Assembly (NCBI GenBank): GCA_041394725.1
Contig: JAWKHR010000036.1
Span: forward strand, 996-64,995
DNA from: Vicinamibacterales bacterium
Lineage (GTDB): Bacteria; Acidobacteriota; Vicinamibacteria; Vicinamibacterales; SCN-69-37
DNA length: 64,000 nt
Direction of reading: 5' to 3'
A program made the translations under genes and the position numbers. Of this stretch, positions 45,120-55,046 are shown piece by piece. The notes under the pieces are model-generated. The model was not told the origin of the DNA. It ran no database searches and saw nothing but the letters and a program-made list of their open reading frames with translations. The first letter of the stretch is position 1. Each line of letters opens with the position of its first letter.

Positions 45120-46718
45120 ATGACCGCCGATCGCTACGACATCATCATCATCGGCACCGGCGCGGGCGGCGGCACCATGGCCCGCGCGCTCGCGGGATCC
45201 GGGGCGCGGCTGCTCGTCCTCGAGCGCGGCGAGGCCGTGCCGCGCGAGGCCGCGAACTGGGACCCGGCCGTCGTCTGGCGCGAGCTGCGGTATCGCACGC
45301 GCGAGCGCTGGCTCGACGAGGCGGACCGCGAGTTCGTGCCTTACGCGCACTACGGCGTCGGCGGCAACACGAAGTTCTGGGGCAGCGTGCTGTACCGGCT
45401 GCGGCGCGAGGACTTCGGCGAGCTGGAGCACGAGGACGGCGTCTCGCCGGCCTGGCCGATCGACTACGAGACGCTCGCGCCCTGGTACGACCGCGCCGAG
45501 GCGCTCTACGAGGTGCACGGCGCCACCGGCGACGACCCGACGGAGCCGCCGCGCGGCCCGTACCCGTTCCCGGCTGTCGCGCACGCCCCCAACATGGCGC
45601 GGCTGGCCGCTGGGCTGCGCGGCCTCGGCCTGCACCCGTCGCCGCTGCCGCTCGGTCTCCGGCGTCCCGGTGAGCCGGGCGGGTGCATCCTGTGCCGCAC
45701 CTGCAACTCCTTCCCGTGCCGGCTTGGCGCGAAGAGCGACGCCGAGGTCTGCGGCATCGAGCCCGCCGCCGCGTCGGGTGACGTGACGCTCGAGACCGGC
45801 GCGTTCGTGCGCCGGCTCGTGACCGATCCCTCCGGCGCGCGCGTCGTCGCGGTGGAGGTCGAGCGGGGCGGCGAGGTCCGGCGCCTCGAGGCGGGGCTGG
45901 TCGTGGTCGCCTGCGGCGCCGTCAACTCGGCGGCCCTGCTGCTGCGGTCGGCGTCCGACCGGCACCCGGACGGCCTCGCGAACTCGTCGGGTCTGGTCGG
46001 CCGACGCTACATGGCGCACCTCGCGACGATGATGCAGGGGTTCTCGCCGTGGCGGGTCAACCGCGACGAGTTCCAGAAGACGCTCGCGATCAACGACTTC
46101 TACCTGCGCGGGCCGGACACCCGGTTCCCGCTGGGACAGATCCAGTCGCAGGGGCGGACGCACGCGGTGATGGCGAAGGTCGTCGGCGACGGCTGGCACT
46201 GGGGGCCGATCCGCTGGCGGCACATTCCGCTCTGGGCCTATGAGGCCTGGGTCTCGCGCGCCGTCGACTGGCTCGCGATGACCGAGGACCTGCCGCGGCC
46301 GGAGAACCGGGTCACGCTGGCGCCCGACGGCCGCGTGCGGCTGGCCTACCGGCCGAACAACGCGCGCGCGCACGCGCGCCTGGTCGAGGCGCTCCGCGGT
46401 CTGCTGCAGCAGCTGGGGTACTGGTCGCCGAGGGTGTTCGCGCACTCGACGGGCGCGCGCAACACGACGCACCAGTGCGGCACGCTGGTGTTCGGCCGGG
46501 ACCCGCGCATCTCGGTCCTCGATCCCTTCTGCCGGACGCACGACGTCGAGAACCTGTTCGTCGTGGACGCCTCGTTCTTCCCGTCGTCGGCGGCCGTGAA
46601 CCCGGCGCTGACGATCATCGCGCAGGCGCTGCGCGTGGCCGATCACATCCGGGGCGGCGACGGCGCGCGGGCGGCGGCGGCCACCGGGTCCGAATCCGTG
46701 GGACACTCCACGCACTGA
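45120..46718 (+). CDS. GMC-family FAD-dependent oxidoreductase
   Basis: YDIIIIGTGAGGGTMA FAD-binding motif and C-terminal GMC motifs (HQCGT..., VVDASFFPS). Confidence 0.85.
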   Translation: MTADRYDIIIIGTGAGGGTMARALAGSGARLLVLERGEAVPREAANWDPAVVWRELRYRTRERWLDEADREFVPYAHYGVGGNTKFWGSVLYRLRREDFGELEHEDGVSPAWPIDYETLAPWYDRAEALYEVHGATGDDPTEPPRGPYPFPAVAHAPNMARLAAGLRGLGLHPSPLPLGLRRPGEPGGCILCRTCNSFPCRLGAKSDAEVCGIEPAAASGDVTLETGAFVRRLVTDPSGARVVAVEVERGGEVRRLEAGLVVVACGAVNSAALLLRSASDRHPDGLANSSGLVGRRYMAHLATMMQGFSPWRVNRDEFQKTLAINDFYLRGPDTRFPLGQIQSQGRTHAVMAKVVGDGWHWGPIRWRHIPLWAYEAWVSRAVDWLAMTEDLPRPENRVTLAPDGRVRLAYRPNNARAHARLVEALRGLLQQLGYWSPRVFAHSTGARNTTHQCGTLVFGRDPRISVLDPFCRTHDVENLFVVDASFFPSSAAVNPALTIIAQALRVADHIRGGDGARAAAATGSESVGHSTH

Positions 46719-46720
46719 CC

Positions 46721-47233
46721 ATGAGAGCGAGATCCTTCAGTCACGTCGGCATCACCGTCTCGGACTTCAACCGGGCCGTGCGCTTCTACTCGGACATCTT
46801 CGGCTGCCCGCTGGTGGGCGTGGCCGACACGCCGCCGGAGCGCGTGCGGACGTTCTTCGGCGTGGACGCGCCGGCGCCGGCCTGCAAGATCGGGTGGGTC
46901 CGGGTCCCGGGCGGCGGGATTCTCGAGATTTTCGCGTTCGAACCGACGGAGCCGCCCGTCGAGATCCCATGGAACCGGATCGGCCTGACGCATTTCAGCT
47001 TCAACGTGCGCAACACGCAGCGCTGGTACGACTACCTGAAGTCGAAGGGCGTCGAGTGCCTGAGTCCCCCGGAGAAGTCCCCGCGCGGGCACACGTTCTT
47101 CTTCGTGCGTGATTTCGACGGCAACCTGATCGAGATGATCGACCTCGGCTACATGCACTGGGTGCTGCAGTGGCTGGGGCCGCTCGGCGGCATCCTGTTC
47201 CGGCGGGGGATGTACAAGCAGTATTACGGGTAG
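46721..47233 (+). CDS. VOC (glyoxalase/bleomycin-resistance/dioxygenase) family protein
   Basis: FSHVGITVSDFNRAVRFYSDIFG...GLTHFSFNV...DFDGNLIEM. The stop TAG is the first triplet of the repeat element. Confidence 0.8.
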   Translation: MRARSFSHVGITVSDFNRAVRFYSDIFGCPLVGVADTPPERVRTFFGVDAPAPACKIGWVRVPGGGILEIFAFEPTEPPVEIPWNRIGLTHFSFNVRNTQRWYDYLKSKGVECLSPPEKSPRGHTFFFVRDFDGNLIEMIDLGYMHWVLQWLGPLGGILFRRGMYKQYYG

Positions 47234-47337
47234 GGTCAGGTCTTGGATCGCAGCCTCGGCGGCGTCACGATGACGAAACTGAAATACGGTTTCATCATCG
47301 TCAGGCCGCCGAGGCTGCGATCCAAGACCTGACCCTA
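47231..47337. repeat. Inverted-repeat element (family A): ~49-nt arms (32 bp perfect) and 8-nt loop; the termini TAGGGTCAGG... supply TAG stops to both convergent genes
   Basis: 47231-47262 is the exact reverse complement of 47306-47337. Pairing continues with 3 mismatches to the loop TGAAATAC. The arm shares 26 nt with 2748-2855. Confidence 0.9.
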
Positions 47338-48618
47338 CAACTCCTTCGCCAGCGTCTCCATCGCGTCGCCGAACGTGTCGACTTCCTCGAGCGTGGTGTA
47401 GACGTTCGGCGTGATGCGGACGCCCTGGTACTCGGCGTGGCCGATCGGGGTGGCCAGGATGCGCCACTTCGACCAGAGGCGCGACGTGATGTCGCCCGGC
47501 TTCACGCCCTCGAAGCCGACCGTGCCGATCGCGCACGAGAGCTTCGGATCCAGGCTCGTGTGCAGCTGGACGCGCGGGATCTTCGTGAGGCGGTCGGCCC
47601 AGCGCGCCTTGAGGTAGCGCAGGCGCGCGGCCTTGCGCTCGACGCCGATGCCGTGGTGGAACGTCAGCGCCTCGGCGATCGCGTTGTGCGTCGCGGCGGG
47701 GTGCGTGCCGATCTCCTCGAACTTCCGGATGTTGTCCTTCAGCGAGGCCGGCGGCGGCTGCATCGCCCAGTGGTTCGCGATCCGGTCGGGCCGCACGTAG
47801 AGGAACCCGGTCCCGATGGGCGCCAGCAGCCATTTGTGCAGGCTCGTGCCGTAGTAGTCGCAGTCGAAGTCGCTCAGGTCGAAGGGGAAGTGCGCGTAGG
47901 CGTGCGCGCCGTCCACGATCGTCGTGATCCCGCGCGACCGGGCGAGCGCGCAGATCTCCTTCGCCGGGAAGATGTGGCCCGTCAGGTTCGTGATGTGGCA
48001 GAAGTGGATGACCCTCGTGGCCGGCGTGATCGCGGCCTCGAAGCGGCGCACGAGGTCGGCCTGCGCCGGCGGCACCGGGAACGAGATCTTCGTCAGCCTG
48101 ATGCCGTCGCGCGCGACCCGCTGGTCCCACGTCTGGAGCATCCGGCCGTAGTCCTGGTTGGTGGTCAGCACCTCGTCGCCGGGCTTCAGGTCGAGCCCGA
48201 GCTGGGCGATCTGGAGCGCCTCGCTCGCGTTGCGCGTGATGGCGATGTGCTCGGGATCCACGCCGGCGTCCGCCGCGAGCATGCGCCGCACGTTCTCGAT
48301 GCCCGGCTCGACGATCTGCCACATGTGGTACGCCGGCGCCTGGTTCGAGATGTCCAGGTACCGCTTCATCGCCTCGTGCACGACGCGCGGGCTGGGGCAG
48401 ACGCCGCCGTTGTTGAGGTTGATCATCGAGCGGTCGAGCGTGAATGCCTGCTGGACCTCGCGCCAGTAGAACTCGTCGCGCGCGACCTCCAGCGGATCCT
48501 GGGTGGCGACGGCCGCCGAGGCCTCGAGCAGCCGCGCGAGGCCGTCCGGGTTGAAGGTCGCGAGTGCCGTCGCGCCCACCGCGCTCGTCCGCCGCAGAAA
48601 CTGTCGTCGCGTGACCAT
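47335..48618 (-). CDS. Class V aminotransferase-fold PLP enzyme with twin-arginine signal peptide
   Basis: MVTRRQFLRRTSAVGATALA Tat motif. SLHKWL PLP-lysine motif. Isopenicillin-N-epimerase/cysteine desulfurase-like overall pattern. Confidence 0.8.
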   Translation of the reverse strand: MVTRRQFLRRTSAVGATALATFNPDGLARLLEASAAVATQDPLEVARDEFYWREVQQAFTLDRSMINLNNGGVCPSPRVVHEAMKRYLDISNQAPAYHMWQIVEPGIENVRRMLAADAGVDPEHIAITRNASEALQIAQLGLDLKPGDEVLTTNQDYGRMLQTWDQRVARDGIRLTKISFPVPPAQADLVRRFEAAITPATRVIHFCHITNLTGHIFPAKEICALARSRGITTIVDGAHAYAHFPFDLSDFDCDYYGTSLHKWLLAPIGTGFLYVRPDRIANHWAMQPPPASLKDNIRKFEEIGTHPAATHNAIAEALTFHHGIGVERKAARLRYLKARWADRLTKIPRVQLHTSLDPKLSCAIGTVGFEGVKPGDITSRLWSKWRILATPIGHAEYQGVRITPNVYTTLEEVDTFGDAMETLAKEL

Positions 48619-48679
48619 GGCCGTCTCCTGCGCGCCACCCGGATCCCGGCGCCGGCCGGGGCCCGGAGTCCGGCGCGTG

Positions 48680-49975
48680 CTACTGCTTGTACACCCGCCC
48701 GCCCTTCATCACGAACGCGACGCGGCGGAGCGCGCTGACGTCCGTCGCCGGATCGCCGGGGACCGCGACGATGTCCGCCTCGTAGCCGGCCGCGATCGTG
48801 CCAATCGTGTCGCCGAGGCCCATCGACGTGGCGGCCAGCGACGTCGCGCCGGTGATCGCGTCCATCGGCCGCTGTCCGGCGGCCACGCGCGCCACGATCT
48901 CCCGCGCGTTCTGCCCGTGCGCGCCGGCCACGGCGTCGGTGCCCATCGGCATCTTCAGGCCCGCGTCGAGCGCCTTCCTGAAGACGACGGCCAGGCCGGG
49001 CAGCGCCTCGCGCATCGCCGCGAAGCCCTCCTCGTTGAAGTTGCCGCTGCCCAGGAACTTGTCCGTGTTCTCCAGGTAGTTCTGCAGCACCAGCCCGATG
49101 TTCGGGTCGAAGTACACGTCGGCCGCCTTCATCGCCGCGATCGCGGCATCGTCGGCGAACAGGCCGTGCTCGATCTGGGTGCAGCCGGCCTTGACGGCCG
49201 CGATGATCGAGTCGGAGCTGTGCGCGTGCACGAGCGTGCGCAGGCCCTGCGCCTTTGCCTCGCCGCACACGGCGTCGATCTGCTCCTGGGTCACGTTCAT
49301 CCGGCCGCCGTCACGGATGCTCGCAGAGGCGAAGAACTTGATGAGGTCGGCGCCGCTCGCCTTGAGCTGGCGCACCGACTCGCGGAGTTGGTCGGGCGTC
49401 CGGTTGCCGCCCTGGAGCTGGCCGGCGGACGTCAGGATGCGGGGGCCGACGATGAGGTTGGCGGCGATGGCGTCGCGGAGCGCGGGATCACGGTTCCAGC
49501 CGACCGACTGCACCGTGGTCACGCCCGCCATCAGCGTGGCGCGCGCGTTGTCCTGGATGGCCTTCGCCTCCCAGTCGGCCGGCACGTTCGCCTCGCCGTA
49601 CTTGCCGCCGGGCCCGAAGTACCAGTTCAGGTGGACGTGCACGTCGATGAGGCCGGGCAGGACGGTCGCGTTGCCGAGTTCGTACGTGTACGGCCCGCCG
49701 GTGGCGGGCCCGACCGCGGTGATGCGCGAGCCCTGGATGGTGACGACCGCGTCGGTCGTCATGCCGCCGCGGCCGTCGATGACGCGCGCGGCGTGGATCG
49801 TCACCGGCGTGCGTCCGCGGCCCCGTCCGCCCTGCACCGCGTCGGTCGCGGCCATCGCGCTGGTTCCCGGCATTCCGTCAGGCCCGGCGGCGCGGCCGCG
49901 GAGCGCGGGGCCAAACCCCGCGAGGACGAGCAGCACGAGCAACGGGCCGGCGGCACGCGGAAGCGATCGGGTCAC
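48680..49975 (-). CDS. Secreted amidohydrolase-family metallohydrolase
   Basis: PGLIDVHVHL metal-binding motif, HAH and D motifs downstream. Signal peptide after the GTG at 49975 (VTRSLPRAAGPLLVLLVLAG). Confidence 0.75.
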   Translation of the reverse strand: MTRSLPRAAGPLLVLLVLAGFGPALRGRAAGPDGMPGTSAMAATDAVQGGRGRGRTPVTIHAARVIDGRGGMTTDAVVTIQGSRITAVGPATGGPYTYELGNATVLPGLIDVHVHLNWYFGPGGKYGEANVPADWEAKAIQDNARATLMAGVTTVQSVGWNRDPALRDAIAANLIVGPRILTSAGQLQGGNRTPDQLRESVRQLKASGADLIKFFASASIRDGGRMNVTQEQIDAVCGEAKAQGLRTLVHAHSSDSIIAAVKAGCTQIEHGLFADDAAIAAMKAADVYFDPNIGLVLQNYLENTDKFLGSGNFNEEGFAAMREALPGLAVVFRKALDAGLKMPMGTDAVAGAHGQNAREIVARVAAGQRPMDAITGATSLAATSMGLGDTIGTIAAGYEADIVAVPGDPATDVSALRRVAFVMKGGRVYKQ

Positions 49976-50067
49976 TGGGCACCTTCGTGAGTGGAGTCGT
50001 GCGTATATTAGCCGCGATCGAGGCCGCCGGGGCAACCGGGCGAGACGGGGGCGACCGGCGGGCCGGA

Positions 50068-50073
50068 TACAAT
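50068..50073 (+). promoter_or_regulatory. -10-like hexamer TACAAT 9 nt upstream of the ATG at 50083
   Basis: Consensus-like hexamer with no Shine-Dalgarno before the start codon. Confidence 0.3.
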
Positions 50074-50082
50074 GCTCGGCCG

Positions 50083-50514
50083 ATGTCCAAGTCACGGGTC
50101 TTCGTCTCTCCGACGGGCAAGCGTCTCGTGCGCAAGCCGTCGCGCATCGCGGGCTGGGGCGTGTATGCCGGCGAGCGCATCACCAAGAACTCACGCATCA
50201 TCGACTACGCGGGCGAGAAGATCTCGGCGGCGGAGGCGGACAAACGTGAGCACCAGTACCAGGCGAAGGGCCGGATCTGGTGTTTCACGCTCAACCGCCG
50301 CTGGGTGCGCGACGCCGCCGTCGGCGGCAACTGGGCGCGCTACATCAACCACCGGTGCAAGCCGAACTGCTACGTCCAGATCATCGGCGACACGATCTGG
50401 ATCCGCGCGGCCCGGAACATCGAGCGGGGCGAGGAGCTGTCCTACGACTACTGCACCGGCGGCGAGGCAGGCATCTCATGCAAGTGCCGTCCGGGCTGCA
50501 AGACGGTGATCTGA
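50083..50514 (+). CDS. SET-domain protein (lysine methyltransferase fold)
   Basis: GWGVYA...RYINHRCKPNC...GEELSYDY...CKC..GC: SET and post-SET Cys motifs. Confidence 0.75.
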   Translation: MSKSRVFVSPTGKRLVRKPSRIAGWGVYAGERITKNSRIIDYAGEKISAAEADKREHQYQAKGRIWCFTLNRRWVRDAAVGGNWARYINHRCKPNCYVQIIGDTIWIRAARNIERGEELSYDYCTGGEAGISCKCRPGCKTVI

Positions 50515-51179
50515 TGCCCGTGGGCCACGTCCTCTACCTCCACGGCTTCGCCTCGTCGCCCGGCTCCTCCAAGGCGGCCCGGTTTCGCGCGGAGCTCGCG
50601 CGCCACGGCCAGGAGCTGACGAGCCCGGACTTCAACGCGCCCGAGTTCGAGACGCTCACCGTGACGCGCATGCTCGATCAGACGCGCGAGGCGGTGGAGG
50701 ACGCGCCAGGCGACCGGAGCGTCGCCATCATCGGGTCCAGCCTCGGCGCGTTCGTCGCCCTCCATGCGGCGGCGGCCGACCGGACGGGCCGGATCGACCG
50801 GCTCATCCTGCTCGCGCCGGCGCTCGACTTCGGGGGGAACCGCCTGCGCCAGCTGGGCGAGCACGGCGTCGGCCAGTGGCGGCGCGAGGGCTCGCTCGAG
50901 GTCTTCCACTACGCCTTCGGCGAGCCGCGTCGCGTCGGCTACGCGCTCTACGAGGACGCCGCCCGCTACGACGCGCACGCCGTCGATCTCGCCCTGCCGA
51001 TCCTGGTCTTCCAGGGCCGGCGCGACGCGTCGGTCGATCCGGCGATGGTCGAGGCATGGGCGAAGAGCCGGTCGAACGTGGCCCTGCGGATGCTCGACGA
51101 CGAGCACCAGCTCAGCGCGTCGATGGACGGGATCTGGCGGGAGAGCGAGCGGTTCCTGGTGGGGCAGCGCCGGACCTGA
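50514..51179 (+). CDS. YqiA/UPF0227-like alpha/beta-hydrolase (esterase)
   Basis: LYLHGFASSP...GSSLGAF nucleophile elbow. The ATG overlaps the SET gene stop (TGATG). Confidence 0.7.
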   Translation: MPVGHVLYLHGFASSPGSSKAARFRAELARHGQELTSPDFNAPEFETLTVTRMLDQTREAVEDAPGDRSVAIIGSSLGAFVALHAAAADRTGRIDRLILLAPALDFGGNRLRQLGEHGVGQWRREGSLEVFHYAFGEPRRVGYALYEDAARYDAHAVDLALPILVFQGRRDASVDPAMVEAWAKSRSNVALRMLDDEHQLSASMDGIWRESERFLVGQRRT

Positions 51180-51219
51180 GCGATCGCCCTGGGCGCGCCG
51201 CGTCTTTCGGAGCGCGATG

Positions 51220-53022
51220 TCACCGGCCGCCACCAACACGGAGATCCTGTGTCCGATCGTCGCCGTTCGCCAGCGTCACGGGGATCGCGGCAGGCACCAG
51301 CGTCGCCAGAACGTCGGGATCGAACCACGCGTCGTCCTCGACGTCGGTCACGGCCGCCAGGAGGTAATCGCCGGCCGGCAACCCATCGATCACGTATGTG
51401 CCTGCCTCGTCGGGTCGTGCCACGCGGATCCGGTCCGACCGCCAGACCCACGCGGACCGGTCCGACGGGAACATGATGATGAACGGCGGCGCCTGAAGCG
51501 GTCCGGTGCCGCCCTCCACCCGGCCACGGACCTGCGCGGGGCGGCTCGTCATGCGAATCTCGACGTCGATCGCGGCGGGTGACTGGCGGAGATCCAGCGT
51601 GCTGCCGACGCGCCGCCCGTTGGCCGTAATCGACTGTGCGGCCCAGGTCGTACCGGGCTGGCCGTCCAACCCGATGGCATGTACCGTCACCGCATAGACG
51701 TCGGGGAGCAGGCTCAGAATCTCGTGCTCGCCGGGCGTGACGGAGAACGACCCGCCGGAGTCAGCCGGTCGTCCGGGTGCGAGCACGGCCAGGACGACCC
51801 GGCGAAGGGGTGGTACGCCGGTCCCGTCGTCCAGGCTCACGTGGATATCCAGTCGACGCGCCGGCTGGAGCGGCAGGGAGACGACGGTCGCGGTGCCGGC
51901 CCGCACGTCGAGTTCCGCCGCGGCGCCGTACTCGAGCGGCGAGGCAGACGTGGGAACGCCAGCAGACTCGGCGCCGCTCGCGCGGGTCCTGACGCTCACC
52001 CGGTATCGTCCGGCCGCGACCGAACGGCTGAATCGCCCGTCGGGGCCAACCGAGACGCCGAGACTGCCGGACACGTCGAGATCCTGGATGCTGACTCGCA
52101 GCCGGTCCGAATCGAGTCCGGGCGGCACGCCAGTGATGGCGCCGTCAATGCGGCCGAGGCCGACGGGGGCCAGCACGATGTCGATGTCGTCCCGCTCTTC
52201 GCCTGCCCGGACCGTCACGATGTCCGCCTCATTCGCGGTCGGGGTGCCGGGATGGAACACGCGCGCGAACTTCGCGTCGTCGCTGGCACCGGCGGCCGCC
52301 GCGACCTGGTCGCGCGAGTTCGTCCCGGCCTGACCGCGGCCGCCGGCCAGCAGCCGAAGCGCCCGCTGGATGTCCGCTTCGTCGATCTGGTGGATTCCGA
52401 CCTCTCGGAGATACAGCCCCGGATCGGCGGCAACCGCGTACTCGCCGGCCGCCAGGCCGAACACGCGGTAGCGGCCGAGGTCGTCGCATGCGATCAGGTT
52501 GCGAGCCACGAGCGTCTGGAGCGGGGTCAGCGCGCGCCGGCCCTCGACGTACCGGCGCTGGTAGAGGGCGACGCTGCAGTCCGTGACGGGGCGTCCGTGA
52601 CCATCGCGCACCACGCCGCTGATGACCGCGCCCTTCGGCAGGTGAAGCGTGACCCCGGTGCGTCGTTCTCCCGCGGCGAGCGCGATGGGGACGCCGCGTC
52701 TGCCGGCCAGCGCGCCGTGCTCGACCGGCACGTGACCGGCCTTCGCCGCGGCCACGATATAGCGACCGGCCGGCAGGCGGTCGAGGACAAAGCGCCCTGA
52801 TTCGTCCGTGAGGGTGGTGCTGCCGATGCCGCCGGCCTCCACGCTGCGCACCATGACCCAGGCACGAGCAACCGGAATCGAGCCATCGGCCGCGGCGCTC
52901 ACGATGCCGGCGACCGAGGCGCCGGCCGGCTGCTGCTCGGCGCGCGCGAGCAGGGGCCACGAACCGACGCCGAGCGCGGCCGCGACCAGGAAGGCAACTC
53001 CAGTCGCCCGGCCGCGTGTCAT
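51220..53022 (-). CDS. Secreted protein with multiple carboxypeptidase-regulatory-like (CarboxypepD_reg) domains
   Basis: Signal peptide. Repeated G.V.D..G.P...A.V........TD..G.F....L.AG.Y modules. ATGA overlap with the upstream paralogue. Confidence 0.7.
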   Translation of the reverse strand: MTRGRATGVAFLVAAALGVGSWPLLARAEQQPAGASVAGIVSAAADGSIPVARAWVMVRSVEAGGIGSTTLTDESGRFVLDRLPAGRYIVAAAKAGHVPVEHGALAGRRGVPIALAAGERRTGVTLHLPKGAVISGVVRDGHGRPVTDCSVALYQRRYVEGRRALTPLQTLVARNLIACDDLGRYRVFGLAAGEYAVAADPGLYLREVGIHQIDEADIQRALRLLAGGRGQAGTNSRDQVAAAAGASDDAKFARVFHPGTPTANEADIVTVRAGEERDDIDIVLAPVGLGRIDGAITGVPPGLDSDRLRVSIQDLDVSGSLGVSVGPDGRFSRSVAAGRYRVSVRTRASGAESAGVPTSASPLEYGAAAELDVRAGTATVVSLPLQPARRLDIHVSLDDGTGVPPLRRVVLAVLAPGRPADSGGSFSVTPGEHEILSLLPDVYAVTVHAIGLDGQPGTTWAAQSITANGRRVGSTLDLRQSPAAIDVEIRMTSRPAQVRGRVEGGTGPLQAPPFIIMFPSDRSAWVWRSDRIRVARPDEAGTYVIDGLPAGDYLLAAVTDVEDDAWFDPDVLATLVPAAIPVTLANGDDRTQDLRVGGGR

Positions 53023-54965
53023 CGCCCGCCCGCCGTCGTGAGCGCGACCGACGTCTGAAGGCCCGTCCGCACCGTGATGCGCGTCGCGGTGGAAGCCAGC
53101 CCGCGAAGCACGGCCGCCTGACGCCAGTCCCGCGTGAGATCGGCCGGAGCCGCGGCGGCGTAGTAGTCGCCGGGCGGCAGCGACGGAATGGTGAACGATC
53201 CGTCGTCGGCCGTGCTCGCATTGACGAAGTGCGGCGTCGAACGACCGAAATCCACCCACATGGCAGCGTTCACGGGGAAGACCGCCACGACGGCGGCCGG
53301 GACCGGCGAGCCGCGCGGCGTCCGAACCGTGCCGGCGATGGAAGCCGGCGTGTCCGAGAGGATCACGACGACGTCGCCAAGATCCGCGTCTCCGAGTTCG
53401 ATCGGATGGAGCATCACGTCACGGCCGTCGAGTTCAACGCCGGCGGGCCACCAGCCGTCCAGGCGCGGCGCGCTGGCGCGGATGACGTAGCGGCCGGGCG
53501 GCAGGCCGACCGACCGGAATTCGCCCGAGGCGTTCACCCGGGCCTCGCTGAAGAACGCCTCGGCGAGGGGCAGCCCGTCCACCCGTTCGACCGACAGGGA
53601 CACGCGCGTCAGCGCGACGCCGGCGGGCGGCGGGCGTGAACCACGGAACTGCAGGTCGCCGCTGACCCGGGCTCCCGGACGCGCCGTGAGGTCGAGGCGG
53701 GTCACCGGCGTGTCGCCCAGCATGACCGACGCACGCGCCCAGAGCGCGGGAGCATCGCTGAACGGGTCCACCCGAAGGGTCGCCGTCCGAATGCCATTCG
53801 CCGAACCCCCAATCATGCCGAAGCCGCTGCCCGGGGGCTCCGGCATGTCGAGCACGCTCAGCGTCATCGGGCCGGCCGGCGCCGCGGGGAAGACGTAGTG
53901 CCCGCGCTGGTCCGTGAAGGTGACGGCGGCGTCCAGGCCCGATGTCGCGATCGCATCGGAATCCGCCGCCAGCCTGACGGTGACACCCGCCAGTGGCCCC
54001 GCGACGCCCGTCACTGTGCCTTCCAGCCGCGTCATGCGCTCGGGCCGCAACTGGAACGTCACGCCGGACCGCTCTTCACCTGGTGCGAGCGTGATTTGTT
54101 CGGCCTGGGCGACCCCGTCCCCGTTGGGGAAGAACCGCGTGCGGTAGGCGTTGGTGACGCCGCTCCCGTCCGGCACATGCGGTGGTGGCGGCCCCAGCCA
54201 GTGGAGCAGGAAGTCGCCCGACGCCGTGACGTTGGCCGCTCCCGGAGACAGGGGGGGCAGCCCCCAACGCAGCAACTCCCGCGTGGCCGCACTCGGAATC
54301 GTGCCGGGTGAAGATCGCCCCCGGCCGTTCGACGGCTGTGGCACGCTCAGGGCGATCGACGGCACGGCCACGATCCACCCGGATGTCAGGGCGAGGTCTG
54401 CCAGCCGATATTCGCCGCGATCGTCCGTGCGGGCGAGGACCGCGGCATCGCCGCGAACGTAGGGGCGGCCCGCCAAGGCACTGACCGGCAGGGCGCGGAC
54501 CTCGATGCCGACCAGCGGCTCGCCGCGCTCATCGACGACGTGACCGGTGATCGCGCCGTTCTTCCAGAGTCGGAGCACGACATCTGCGACCTTCTCGTCG
54601 CGGGCGAGCGGCAGGGCGCGCTCCCGGGAAAGCGGCGTGGTCTGGCCGACGCCACCGCAGCAGTGGCCTGGAAGGTCGGCGTTGACGGCGTAGCGTCCCG
54701 CCGGCAGGTCGAAGAAGGCGAAGCGGCCCTTGTCGTCGCTGAGGACGACCTGTCGAAACCCTCCTCCGCTGAGGGTGACCTGGGCCTGCGGAACGGCTGC
54801 GTCGGAAGTGCCGTCGACCACGCGGCCCATGATCAGGCCCTCGCCGGGCGTGGTGGGGCGATCCGCGGGTCGTTGGGGACTTGCCGTCAGCCAGGCTGGA
54901 ATGGCCGCGAAGGCCAGGCTCGCGAGCATGGTTGGCGCCAGAATCCGAGCCGAGAGCCAAGGCAT
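53019..54965 (-). CDS. Secreted protein with multiple carboxypeptidase-regulatory-like domains (paralogue)
   Basis: Same repeat architecture as the downstream gene. The start is taken at [20 protein letters not shown]. Confidence 0.7.
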   Translation of the reverse strand: MPWLSARILAPTMLASLAFAAIPAWLTASPQRPADRPTTPGEGLIMGRVVDGTSDAAVPQAQVTLSGGGFRQVVLSDDKGRFAFFDLPAGRYAVNADLPGHCCGGVGQTTPLSRERALPLARDEKVADVVLRLWKNGAITGHVVDERGEPLVGIEVRALPVSALAGRPYVRGDAAVLARTDDRGEYRLADLALTSGWIVAVPSIALSVPQPSNGRGRSSPGTIPSAATRELLRWGLPPLSPGAANVTASGDFLLHWLGPPPPHVPDGSGVTNAYRTRFFPNGDGVAQAEQITLAPGEERSGVTFQLRPERMTRLEGTVTGVAGPLAGVTVRLAADSDAIATSGLDAAVTFTDQRGHYVFPAAPAGPMTLSVLDMPEPPGSGFGMIGGSANGIRTATLRVDPFSDAPALWARASVMLGDTPVTRLDLTARPGARVSGDLQFRGSRPPPAGVALTRVSLSVERVDGLPLAEAFFSEARVNASGEFRSVGLPPGRYVIRASAPRLDGWWPAGVELDGRDVMLHPIELGDADLGDVVVILSDTPASIAGTVRTPRGSPVPAAVVAVFPVNAAMWVDFGRSTPHFVNASTADDGSFTIPSLPPGDYYAAAAPADLTRDWRQAAVLRGLASTATRITVRTGLQTSVALTTAGGR

Positions 54966-55014
54966 GCCGTCCACTCCCCGCACCGGGGCGTCAGGCGCCT
55001 GGCGCCAACAGGCC

Positions 55015-55042
55015 CGGTGCCGAACGCCGAACGCCGAACGCC
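55015..55042 (+). repeat. Intergenic heptamer array CGGTGCC GAACGCC GAACGCC GAACGCC
   Basis: Same heptamer types as the arrays inside dnaE2, here in a 63-bp intergenic region. Confidence 0.8.
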
Positions 55043-55046
55043 CGCC

